From Patescibacteria group bacterium (lineage in GTDB: Bacteria > Patescibacteriota > Microgenomatia > Daviesbacterales > UBA10151): a stretch of 56,478 bases of DNA. Under the pieces are notes generated by a model. It saw only the letters and a list, made by a program, of their open reading frames with translations. It was not told the DNA's origin and ran no database searches. The stretch covers positions 1 through 56,478 of the forward strand of contig JAMCSY010000004.1 in assembly GCA_023379125.1 (NCBI GenBank). Direction: 5' to 3'. Shown here in pieces: positions 10,701 to 18,788 of the stretch. Position numbers and translations under genes: made by a program. Positions within the stretch are counted from its first letter, which is position 1, and each line of letters opens with the position of its first letter.

Positions 10701-11050
10701 TGGTATTGGTCTAAGGTACCAGTTACTCCTGTTCCCCAGCTTTGCATTGCTAATTTAACATCACTACCATTAACGCTGCCATCATTATTCACATCACCAT
10801 TACCCAGAGTGGGAGCTGCCAGAGAAAAAGGTTTTTGAAAGATTAAAGAAAACAGTCTAGCTCTAAAGGGAAATAATATGGCTACTGCTAAAAACAACAC
10901 AATACCTACAGCAGAGATAGAAGCAGCTATTTTAGTTTTTTGGTCTTGCTTACGATATAAATCCGCTAATTCCAAATCACTAGTTTTATCCTTCACACTC
11001 TGAAAAAAATTCTTCCCAATCTGTCCCATCTTGAGTATGCTTTTTGGCAT
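7781..11050 (-). CDS. Membrane-anchored dockerin-like plus PQQ/BamB-like beta-propeller plus C-terminal Asp-box/BNR-like propeller protein
   Basis: 1089-aa ORF with an ATG start. Same TM and dockerin module as 5219..7639. Blades such as NIYVPAGSQGLYALNQNTGAESW. C-terminal half has Asp-box-like SATGTWGS, DSGSGWSD and NSDGSWAS. Confidence 0.85.
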   Translation of the reverse strand: MPKSILKMGQIGKNFFQSVKDKTSDLELADLYRKQDQKTKIAASISAVGIVLFLAVAILFPFRARLFSLIFQKPFSLAAPTLGNGDVNNDGSVNGSDVKLAMQSWGTGVTGTLDQYQDGKENSFDFANIVNNFSATPTTTTSTQWTQDAHDAQRTGFSPVDPLTPWTLLWTWNGPDASGGTGNHFYDAPNEARTVNGGGNIYVPAGSQGLYALNQNTGAESWHVTNTSFNAAPAYDPTTGYVLAGGADGNLYKINSSTGSIAGTYNSGSGLNKAILIVGSFAYVTSDDGKLHKVAISNMAAAWVYTSGSTTATPPAYSLSRDIIIYATNDLYVQAVNNNNGSQKWRIKPTPNSPGTGITLGGTPQGNQFDRAWPVIAEKNGIVLIRMQLDPAAMQAYPSTNNIFPNDFATIRTWLTNNPQNQNLFALSLDTGAASFIPAVGYGSTEDMISGSSNGFGVMGTQPVVKVNADGSEVAYVPFRNGQSSPPDFRWDSHMGEMVLNNNTISGLSAGDLRFIKMSNYNGYGGNSYTYITDEQTPITVAGNTILDAHWAASSAVRITDRSASLGLTYSSPIATSNLPPVMRALQSSCTDQNNTTHYTTCTNLNYVTDGGRYFNGPGFWSYWGVADPPGWKIGSGNTAGTSYSAGFLPRYTYVSDNLMVVEGNGGDLMVFRHSGVVLTPTPTVVAPTPTPTSSPVSNAEFVVGSGFADVVPRQILRADNGKLYIFVGQADTLNTIKVYSTTGAAFPSSSADFTSTSLSLGTTLISVDAAYNGGNIIHVLVNTQNGQVLDYPFDISNNTFKATKTLATDATQVSSQLGTSGLSGMFDQNGTLQVAYWSTGNRITYRAFSYNSSTDNLTQTAGPTFIDDGSRIARHPVLAVSPADNSVTVAWVSPNSSASLVAGNIYARTKSATGTWGSVSQVNSAQVWTSLSNGVDIDQGPALVITSSGTKYLAYIEYYDATGDYGHVHFVTDSGSGWSDQAVPAYSHDPNVAINSSSSIYLIGHGHPQNSSCTSMDDMCIKKRNSDGSWASSQVFASHSATVSFDASPSVKWSAVGFNQPGVIEFIFFAANNGSLTNTSIYYGRIGS
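10654..10950. repeat. 297-bp block near-identical to 7252-7548
   Basis: See the partner copy at 7252-7548. Confidence 0.9.
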
Positions 11051-11093
11051 TGAGCTTAAGGTTAACTATTCTCTTGTTAATGGTCAAGAGTCT

Positions 11094-12743
11094 TTACTGG
11101 CTGCCCAGATAAGGCATCTTAGAAAACTGAATTTTAAACAAGACTCCACTGGGATTTTTCTGTAAATACACTTTCAGAGGAATGTTACATAAATTAGCAA
11201 TTGTATGAGCTAAATATCCTTCTAAACCACTACCCAATTTTAAGTTAGTCTGATCAATCAAACCATCATAATATTCTGTTAACAATAAATCAGGATTAAA
11301 ATTATTTTGGCCAAAGGGAGCAAACAAATCCAATTCTACTGTTTTACTATCATAATTAATTTGACAGTTAACAGCTGAAGGAACAGTCATTGAGCTTACA
11401 GACTTACTCGAAGTTAGTAAGATTAATAGATCAATAATTTTTTGCACCATTAAGTTAGTTAATTTCTCATCAACTAAAGCAGAAAAATACTGATTAGTTA
11501 ACTCAGTCGGATAGTTAGTACTCTGTTGATTGTTTTGCAGACTAAACCGAGAAGTAAAATCATTGCCATAACTTAAAACCAGTTGCACACCCATCTCCCG
11601 GGCAAAAATTTGCTCTTTAGTGATAATGCTACTAACAATTTGGGCCATATCAGCCAACACTAGGTGTGGTTTCACACCACTGCTCTCAATTTCAAGTGCA
11701 GTTAAAATATCTCTTTCAGATTTTTCAATCAGTTCAACACTCCGTTTCACATCAACCAAACCCCGTGCAGCCAAACGATTGTTTAATTCATTAATAGCTT
11801 CTTCATGTCTCACTAAGGCTTGCTGTAAATTTTGTTTGCCTAGTTGCCCACCACTTCCTTCCGAGATGACAAAAATAATTCGATCAATCACCCCTTCTAG
11901 ATTAGCTGTTGGTCTAATTTGAACTTTAACCTTTTTGGGGATAGCATCCTTCCTTATATATAGGAGTAAATCGCTGGTGATTCGCACATTCCGATCTTTA
12001 ATTACCCGATCAATTGCCAAATAACGATAATCTACTTCCTCTCCTTCTACTGAGCGCAGATTAACTATTTCAAATAAATCTTTTTCTTGTAAATCAGCCA
12101 AAGATTTTTGCATCAGCCTTTCAACTGCTTCGTTCGCTGATAATATTTTTAATTTGGTATCGGTAATAAAGACTAAATCGGATAGACCCTTCCATAAGGA
12201 TTCATCACGGATTTTAGTCAACTGCATCTGGACAGTCATAATCTGGGAAACTGTATCTTTAAGGTGGTAACGGGAAGCTACAATTTGATAAAGTGGAATC
12301 AGCACCACAAAAGACAAAACGTATAAAACGACTGAAAATGGATCACCTTGATAAAGACTATACAGCTTGGGGTCTAGCCAAGTATCAATTCCTAAAGCTG
12401 CTACAGCAAAAACCAAAAAAGCAATTCCAGTTGCTAAATCAACCAAGAAACTAAAGCTAATGGCTAGTAAATGGAATAAAACCAGAAAAGGACTAAAAAA
12501 CCCACCACTAGATAAAACTAATAGCTGGACAAAAGCTGAAATTAACAAAATTAGCAATAATCTTATCCCTGCTCCAATTGTTTGCACTTTGGGGACTACC
12601 CAACGTAGTAGCGCTAACATCAGGGCAATCATCACTCCCACACCTTGCTGAATATATGCTGCAGGCACTTTATAATAAGTCAACAGCAGTACTGCAGTTG
12701 AGGAAACTAACAAGAAAAAAACTTTGAGCAGAGTATCTACCAT
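11094..12743 (-). CDS. Multi-pass membrane sensor protein with a PAS-like domain and a histidine-kinase-like C-terminus
   Basis: Track ORF 11094..12749 starts on GTG. ATG at 12743 sits 6 nt after a TACAAT box. About five N-terminal hydrophobic helices. PAS-like LVFITDTKLKILSANEAVERLMQKSLADLQEKDLFEIV. C-terminal GSGLEGYLAHTIANL resembles an HATPase G2 box. No clear H-box is present. Confidence 0.55.
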   Translation of the reverse strand: MVDTLLKVFFLLVSSTAVLLLTYYKVPAAYIQQGVGVMIALMLALLRWVVPKVQTIGAGIRLLLILLISAFVQLLVLSSGGFFSPFLVLFHLLAISFSFLVDLATGIAFLVFAVAALGIDTWLDPKLYSLYQGDPFSVVLYVLSFVVLIPLYQIVASRYHLKDTVSQIMTVQMQLTKIRDESLWKGLSDLVFITDTKLKILSANEAVERLMQKSLADLQEKDLFEIVNLRSVEGEEVDYRYLAIDRVIKDRNVRITSDLLLYIRKDAIPKKVKVQIRPTANLEGVIDRIIFVISEGSGGQLGKQNLQQALVRHEEAINELNNRLAARGLVDVKRSVELIEKSERDILTALEIESSGVKPHLVLADMAQIVSSIITKEQIFAREMGVQLVLSYGNDFTSRFSLQNNQQSTNYPTELTNQYFSALVDEKLTNLMVQKIIDLLILLTSSKSVSSMTVPSAVNCQINYDSKTVELDLFAPFGQNNFNPDLLLTEYYDGLIDQTNLKLGSGLEGYLAHTIANLCNIPLKVYLQKNPSGVLFKIQFSKMPYLGSQ

Positions 12744-12777
12744 ATTCACATTGTAATCGGTGCTAGATAATCTGCAA
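12744..12777 (-). promoter_or_regulatory. Sigma70-like promoter TTGCAG-16-TACAAT, 6 nt upstream of the ATG (leaderless geometry)
   Basis: Minus strand reads TTGCAG ATTATCTAGCACCGAT TACAAT GTGAAT ATG. Confidence 0.55.
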
Positions 12778-12785
12778 AGTTGGAG

Positions 12786-12998
12786 CTAATTATTTATCTC
12801 GGTAACATTATCCTGGGGCTCAGGGCTAAGCATTTTACTATCAATCAGCACAGAACCTGGTACTAGTGAAGCCAAAAAGCGAGTGGAGTTAATCTGTAAA
12901 TGCAATAAATAAGCAAGCAATAATTGAGCTACTAAAGCAACTAAAAAAATCTTCCAGTTGAAATTAATGTTTACTCGCTTCCTGTCTATCAGCTTCAT
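12786..12998 (-). CDS. Small hypothetical membrane protein
   Basis: 70-aa ORF with one hydrophobic segment, IFLVALVAQLLLAYLL. No recognisable family. Confidence 0.35.
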   Translation of the reverse strand: MKLIDRKRVNINFNWKIFLVALVAQLLLAYLLHLQINSTRFLASLVPGSVLIDSKMLSPEPQDNVTEINN

Positions 12999-13129
12999 CC
13001 AAAAAGGCAGTTTTTACAGGCAGCAGATAACGCGAGCAACAATAACAGGAAGCTTCTAGATTGTCAAACTAATCAGATGGGATAGTAGTAGAGATTTTAA
13101 AATTGAGCCATAGCAAACAAAAACTATGC

Positions 13130-13591
13130 TCAGTTCATAGGCTTAATGTGAGCTATGCTCGCATTAGGCATGAGTGTTCTTAGTTTCTTTAATTCACTAT
13201 CAGAGATAGGATTCCTAGTAAGATCGATTGTAGTTAAATGTTTTAGCTGAGTAATACTCTTGGGTAACGAGCTGAGCTGATTATTATTCAGATATAAAGA
13301 TTGAAGATTTGCAAGCTTCAGGACATCAACCGGTAAGCTTGCAAGATTAGTATTAGATAAATCTAGGTAACAAACATCCTCAGATTGTTTTAAAGCTTCC
13401 TCAAGACTTTTATAAGTTTTAGTATCTGTACAGGTAGTTACTCGATTCTGATCTAGAAATTTAAAGGTAGAAAGAATTTGATCAAAAGTCTCCTTAGCCA
13501 CATTGCTATTTGCTGATGAATAATACTTTACATATATAAAATACTCCTTGTCATTTTTTAGCAGGCTAACTCCATCTGTGGGAAAATCCAT
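13130..13591 (-). CDS. Leucine-rich-repeat (LRR) protein segment. The reading frame continues upstream without a start codon to the TGA at 13889-13891
   Basis: LRR units LDLSNTNLASLPVDVLKLANLQSLYLNNNQLSSLPKSITQLKHLTTIDLTRNPI. The 99 codons upstream (13592-13888) are open in the same frame and look coding (YGFYFKYPPNF...). Confidence 0.7.
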   Translation of the reverse strand: MDFPTDGVSLLKNDKEYFIYVKYYSSANSNVAKETFDQILSTFKFLDQNRVTTCTDTKTYKSLEEALKQSEDVCYLDLSNTNLASLPVDVLKLANLQSLYLNNNQLSSLPKSITQLKHLTTIDLTRNPISDSELKKLRTLMPNASIAHIKPMN

Positions 13592-13888
13592 TGAAACTCC
13601 TGTAAGTTGATATCCAGATACGCCATCAAGAGTGATTGGGGTTCTTGAATAGCCACTTCTTGTTTTGTAGCGGTCGTATTGACTTGCAACTTGCTCTATA
13701 GTCTGATTTTGAGCTGTAGATACAATTACACCAATACCATAACCAATACTATTTAGCTCTTGCTGTCTTACTTCTGAAGAAGGCCATTGCGCAAAAGTAA
13801 ACTCTACATCATTAGAAGAGTCTGAATGCTGAAAAAAATTAGGAGGATATTTGAAATAGAAACCATATTGAGAATTAGAATAAGTTTT

Positions 13889-13891
13889 TCA
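13889..13891 (-). other. In-frame TGA separating two co-framed ORFs (13889..14287 and 13130..13888)
   Basis: The distance from 13891 to 13591 is 300 nt, so both ORFs share a frame. My hand translation of 13592-13888 found no stop and no ATG/GTG/TTG. Confidence 0.8.
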
Positions 13892-14287
13892 ATCAGTAGG
13901 TACGCTTATAGTCTCTGCCTCCTTGATAACATTGCCAGTTGTCTTATCAACGTCATACCAGCCAAATGTTGACTGGTGATCTGAAAAATCTTCATATACA
14001 TGGAATCTCCAGAAATTTTCAGCTCTACTTGTATTATCAAGCACAACCTTCCCGTTTTGAGTTGTGGACAGAAAGTTTTTGACCTCAGGTAAATTTTGTA
14101 TCAGCCGTGCAGCCTGATCTGCTGAAAATTGTTCAGATTGAGTGGCTTGAGGCAATAATTGAGCAGGTACAATAGACCGGAGAGATATAATATTCTGAGT
14201 ATCTAAATAATATCCTCCAGCAAATAACACTCCTACTGCTACAACTCCCGCTAAGAGCAATATTGGGGCAAAGCCTGATTCTTTCAT
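13889..14287 (-). CDS. Hypothetical membrane-anchored or secreted protein (possibly the N-terminal part of a longer LRR protein)
   Basis: 132-aa ORF with the N-terminal hydrophobic segment FAPILLLAGVVAVGVLFAGGYY. It ends at the in-frame TGA. Confidence 0.65.
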   Translation of the reverse strand: MKESGFAPILLLAGVVAVGVLFAGGYYLDTQNIISLRSIVPAQLLPQATQSEQFSADQAARLIQNLPEVKNFLSTTQNGKVVLDNTSRAENFWRFHVYEDFSDHQSTFGWYDVDKTTGNVIKEAETISVPTD

Positions 14288-14295
14288 CAGAAAAT

Positions 14296-14325
14296 ATTAT
14301 CTAATAGCTTCCTATCAAAAAGCAA
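14296..14325 (-). promoter_or_regulatory. Sigma70-like promoter TTGCTT-18-GATAAT, 8 nt upstream of the ATG at 14287
   Basis: Minus strand reads TTGCTT TTTGATAGGAAGCTATTA GATAAT ATTTTCTG ATG. Confidence 0.4.
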
Positions 14326-14373
14326 CTTTGAGAATGAAATGATAAGTAGGAAAAAGGCTGATTAATATTTAGG

Positions 14374-14445
14374 TGGGCAGTAATGGAGTTGAACCATTCA
14401 CTTCGTCATTATCAGTGACGCGTTCTACCGATGAACTAACTGCCC
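14374..14445 (-). tRNA. tRNA-Ile (anticodon GAT)
   Basis: Minus strand reads GGGCAGT TA GTTC ATCGGTA GAAC G CGTCA CTGATAA TGACG AAGTG AATGG TTCAACT CCATT ACTGCCC A. This folds as a full cloverleaf. CCA is not encoded. Confidence 0.9.
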
Positions 14446-14481
14446 TTCTTAACACAAGCAAGTTCATTGGCAAGCTTTGCT

Positions 14482-14501
14482 TACCGATGAACTAACTGCC
14501 C
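14482..14501 (-). repeat. 20-nt duplicate of the tRNA-Ile 5' end (GGGCAGTTAGTTCATCGGTA), embedded in a hairpin
   Basis: Identical to 14426-14445. It continues as GTTCAT-C-GGTAAGC-AAA-GCTTGCC-A-ATGAAC, an imperfect 13-bp stem, and is not a tRNA. Confidence 0.8.
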
Positions 14502-14531
14502 ACAAACCAGGTTATTTTACACTGATTTAAG

Positions 14532-15515
14532 CTATTCAGCAAACACTTCTGGATATATACAGCGAATCTGTTGCGCGACAGGTTTAATATTCTGCAGCGC
14601 TCCCACATTCAAGATTGGTATCTTTGTTCCAATATTATCTCGCACCAGTCTTGTTGATCTGGCTGAAGGATCAATTGTGACTACTGCTCTTAAGTTTGTG
14701 AGGTTCTGCCATGCCTGGCGGTAATCAACCGTTCTAGTTAACTGATTATAGGCTACATCCAATCCATCCGCGGCCGTCTTCACCCAACCTTCCAGCTGGC
14801 CACCTAGTCTCATTGGAGAAATCATGGAACCATCAGGGTTAGTAAAGTTTTCCTTCAATGTATCAATGAGCGTACGGAATTCTTTTTCTACATTAAGCAT
14901 GAAGGGCGAGTGAAAAGCGTCAGTAATATCGCTAAGCGGAATCAACCTACCTCTCCCATTATTACGTACTAAAACTTCTTCAAAAAACCGCGCCACATCA
15001 GCAGTAAGTCCAGATAATATGGTCTGGTTAGGAGTATTAATATTAGCTAACGAAACTTGTAGCGAATTGGCAGTTTGCTTAAGCTGATCTATGATCATTT
15101 CTGGCGAAACACCAACCACTGCCGCCATCCCCCGACCCACCGGATTGACATTAATTTCTCGGCACAACCTTTCCCGTTCATTAACCAAAAAAGCCAGCGG
15201 TTCTAAATCAATAATGCCTCTTTGCACTAAAGCCGGATTCTCACCAATACTGTGACCAAGTACAAACTCTGGTTGCTTATTATCAAACTCTTCAACCAAA
15301 GTATGTGATAATCCCAAACTTACAGCAACTAGAGTTACTTGTTTTTGCCAGGAAGCCAGAGTCTCTGGACCAACTATCGCTCGAACTCGGTCAATAACCT
15401 CCAGATAAGACTTACCAGCAACTGTGTCTGGATTCTCTAACATTCCCTCCCTTCTACCATTTTGTGGAGGAAAAACTATTGCCAGTCCAGGTAAAGTCTC
15501 AACTTGAATAGCCAT
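14532..15515 (-). CDS. fabD: Malonyl-CoA:ACP transacylase (FabD)-like acyltransferase
   Basis: GHSIGE active-site motif and AFHSPFM motif. The N-terminal GQGSQ motif is degenerate (PPQNGRREG). The track start at 15587 overlaps tRNA-Cys, so I prefer the ATG at 15515 (MAIQVETLPG...). Confidence 0.7.
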   Translation of the reverse strand: MAIQVETLPGLAIVFPPQNGRREGMLENPDTVAGKSYLEVIDRVRAIVGPETLASWQKQVTLVAVSLGLSHTLVEEFDNKQPEFVLGHSIGENPALVQRGIIDLEPLAFLVNERERLCREINVNPVGRGMAAVVGVSPEMIIDQLKQTANSLQVSLANINTPNQTILSGLTADVARFFEEVLVRNNGRGRLIPLSDITDAFHSPFMLNVEKEFRTLIDTLKENFTNPDGSMISPMRLGGQLEGWVKTAADGLDVAYNQLTRTVDYRQAWQNLTNLRAVVTIDPSARSTRLVRDNIGTKIPILNVGALQNIKPVAQQIRCIYPEVFAE

Positions 15516-15522
15516 AAAGCAG

Positions 15523-15593
15523 AGGCCTGGACCGGACTTGAACCGGTGTACGCGGTTTTGCAGACCGCTGGATAACCACTCTCCCACCAGGCC
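15523..15593 (-). tRNA. tRNA-Cys (anticodon GCA)
   Basis: Minus strand reads GGCCTGG TG ... GCGGT CTGCAAA ACCGC GTAC ACCGG TTCAAGT CCGGT CCAGGCC T. The discriminator is U, as is typical of tRNA-Cys. Confidence 0.9.
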
Positions 15594-15642
15594 TTCTGGG
15601 CTGATTTTAGCATAGCAAGATCAGACAAAAAAGAGGAGTAGG

Positions 15643-15870
15643 TTAAGTACTCTGCTGTGAATTAATCGCTCTAGGAGAATCAGAAGCACCTGTTTCTACT
15701 GATAACATATGAGCTTGTAACACTCCTTCAAAAAAATTTGGCTCATGAGTTACAGGATCACCCAAGAAATTATTCCTAATTATCTTAACCATACTGATAA
15801 CTTTTACGATTAATGGTATGGAGGCAGTTTGTGGCTGTTCTGACCTGACTTCATACAAGCGTTCATTCAT
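15643..15870 (-). CDS. Small hypothetical protein
   Basis: 75-aa ORF whose ATG lies 6 nt downstream of a strong TTGACA-17-TATTTT promoter. No recognisable family. Confidence 0.4.
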   Translation of the reverse strand: MNERLYEVRSEQPQTASIPLIVKVISMVKIIRNNFLGDPVTHEPNFFEGVLQAHMLSVETGASDSPRAINSQQST

Positions 15871-15905
15871 AGTCAGAAAATACCACTTAGCCTTAAGTTT
15901 GTCAA
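15871..15905 (-). promoter_or_regulatory. Sigma70-like promoter TTGACA-17-TATTTT, 6 nt upstream of the ATG (leaderless geometry)
   Basis: Minus strand reads TTGACA AACTTAAGGCTAAGTGG TATTTT CTGACT ATG. Confidence 0.6.
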
Positions 15906-15920
15906 AAAATTTTCTGACAC

Positions 15921-15949
15921 AAAAAAAGCCTCCTAACGAAAGAGGCTTT
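15921..15949 (-). terminator. Rho-independent terminator downstream of the 16S rRNA
   Basis: Minus strand reads AAGCCTC-tttcgttag-GAGGCTT followed by a T-run (TTTTTTT). Confidence 0.7.
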
Positions 15950-16048
15950 GTTGTGTGTAAAAATCACTCAATACTAATCTCCAAGCACAAAGATTGATTT
16001 TTTGGTAACTGTTCTCCATAACATCTTGAGGGATGCAAAAAATCCAAA

Positions 16049-16074
16049 ACTTTGATTCCAAAAAAGTGGTGGGG
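16049..16074 (-). other. 3' arm of the 16S rRNA processing stem (pairs with 17826-17850)
   Basis: actttgattccaaaaaagtggtgggg is the inverted complement of cccaccactttttcaaaatcaaagt apart from a 3-nt internal bubble. Confidence 0.7.
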
Positions 16075-16225
16075 ATAGCTTGTTTTAAGAGGGCTATCAG
16101 TCCTCTATCACCCATTATCCCAAGGGTTAACTTGAGATGCGTGAAAGGTGATCAATGGATCAAACTATGGCTACCTTTGACCATTGGCCAATTAAGGAAT
16201 CCTCTAATTTGATCAAACACTCCAG

Positions 16226-17700
<1,475 letters not shown>

Positions 17701-17825
17701 ATTTGACGAAGAGAAAATTCACTCCACTGCACCAAAATCACAGTCACCTTGTAAGGCTACCGCTTAATTGGAATAGTGAAAGAAAGATTCTTGTCATGAT
17801 TCCTTTTGACTAAGGAATCAAAATA

Positions 17826-17850
17826 CCCACCACTTTTTCAAAATCAAAGT
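17826..17850 (-). other. 5' arm of the 16S rRNA processing stem (pairs with 16049-16074)
   Basis: See the partner arm at 16049-16074. It lies in the leader about 125 nt upstream of the mature 5' end. Confidence 0.7.
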
Positions 17851-17951
17851 GGTCTAAAACAGTGTATAGTAGTTAAAAATTTCAATGTGCAAAAGCTGAG
17901 ATCAATCATTAATTAACAACTTCCCAGGCTAATTTATTAATTAGCCTAGAT

Positions 17952-17980
17952 ATTTTAACCTACCCTTGCACGAGAGTCAA
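17952..17980 (-). promoter_or_regulatory. Sigma70-like promoter for the 16S rRNA: TTGACT-17-TAAAAT
   Basis: Minus strand reads TTGACT CTCGTGCAAGGGTAGGT TAAAAT, about 250 nt upstream of the mature 16S 5' end. Confidence 0.6.
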
Positions 17981-18003
17981 TTACTAGCAATATCATCAGG
18001 GGG

Positions 18004-18032
18004 TTGTCAGACGAGATCATATTTTTTAAAAT
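18004..18032 (+). promoter_or_regulatory. Sigma70-like promoter TTGTCA-17-TAAAAT, 6 nt upstream of the ATG at 18039 (leaderless geometry)
   Basis: Plus strand reads TTGTCA GACGAGATCATATTTTT TAAAAT ACAGCC ATG. It is back-to-back with the 16S promoter. Confidence 0.6.
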
Positions 18033-18038
18033 ACAGCC

Positions 18039-18788
18039 ATGAACGAGCAGCCATTTCGTAATCGAGTAGTTTTAGTCAGCGGGGCAGGTGCTGGCATTGG
18101 TAAACAGATTGCCCTGCGTTTTGCTTCTTTGGGAGCCAAAATCGCTTTTTTTGATAAAGACAAACAACTAGTCAAATCCGCTAAACAGCAATTTGATGAT
18201 TTAGAAATACCCAACGTCGCAGGAATTTTAGATGTTACTGATCTAGATAGAATTGATCAATTTCTTGAAAAAGTTGCTTGTGTACTCGGACCGGTCAACA
18301 TCTTAGTTAACAATATTGGGATTGGCTTGGTCCGTGGTTTTTTCAATATTACTCCCAGGGAGTTTGATTTAATCAGACAGACTAATTTTGAAAGCCCCTT
18401 CTTTTTAACCCAAAAAGTAGCTGAAAAGATGCAGGAGGGCGATAATATTATTTTTATCAGCTCAATTCATGCCGAGAATCCTTCTCTAGATCCAGCTTAT
18501 GATAGTAGTAAAGCTGCTACCGATAATCTAGTCAAAAATTTAGCGGTCGAACTCGCACCGGCAAAAATCCGAGTTAATGCTATCGCTCCTGGTCACATCG
18601 ATACCCAGTCTACTGACCCCAGGGAACAATTAGATGTGCCTTTATACAAACAAGCAGGTTTACCAGAGGATATCGCTGAAGCATGCTTATTTTTAGCGGA
18701 TAATCAAAAAGCCAGATATATCACAGGAGTTATTTTACCAGTCACTGGTGGATTACATATTCCTATCCCTCGCAATATTAATCTTTAG
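18039..18788 (+). CDS. Short-chain dehydrogenase/reductase (FabG-like 3-oxoacyl reductase family)
   Basis: Cofactor-binding motif VSGAGAGIGKQIA and catalytic motif YDSSKAA (YxxxK). Confidence 0.85.
   Translation: MNEQPFRNRVVLVSGAGAGIGKQIALRFASLGAKIAFFDKDKQLVKSAKQQFDDLEIPNVAGILDVTDLDRIDQFLEKVACVLGPVNILVNNIGIGLVRGFFNITPREFDLIRQTNFESPFFLTQKVAEKMQEGDNIIFISSIHAENPSLDPAYDSSKAATDNLVKNLAVELAPAKIRVNAIAPGHIDTQSTDPREQLDVPLYKQAGLPEDIAEACLFLADNQKARYITGVILPVTGGLHIPIPRNINL

Noticed and set aside
13889-13891. Possibility that the organism uses an alternative genetic code with TGA as a sense codon (code 4 or 25).
   Set aside because: Long intact ORFs are obtained throughout with the standard code. Several well-delimited genes end at TGA (for example 5219-5221 and 13130-13132). 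A single in-frame TGA is not evidence for global recoding.
14426-14501. The duplicated tRNA fragment as an attL/attR pair marking an integrated mobile element.
   Set aside because: The repeat is the 5' end of the tRNA rather than the 3' end. The copies are only 36 nt apart, and no integrase or cargo lies between them.
15516-15587. N-terminal extension (MGEWLSSGLQNRVHRFKSGPGLCF) of the fabD-like ORF in the track.
   Set aside because: These codons are the antisense-free reading of the tRNA-Cys gene (15523-15593). The ATG at 15515 gives a sensible FabD-like N-terminus.
15933-16115. 60-aa track ORF between the 16S gene and the downstream promoter.
   Set aside because: It overlaps the terminator hairpin and the 3' arm of the 16S processing stem. 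It has no promoter or start context of its own.
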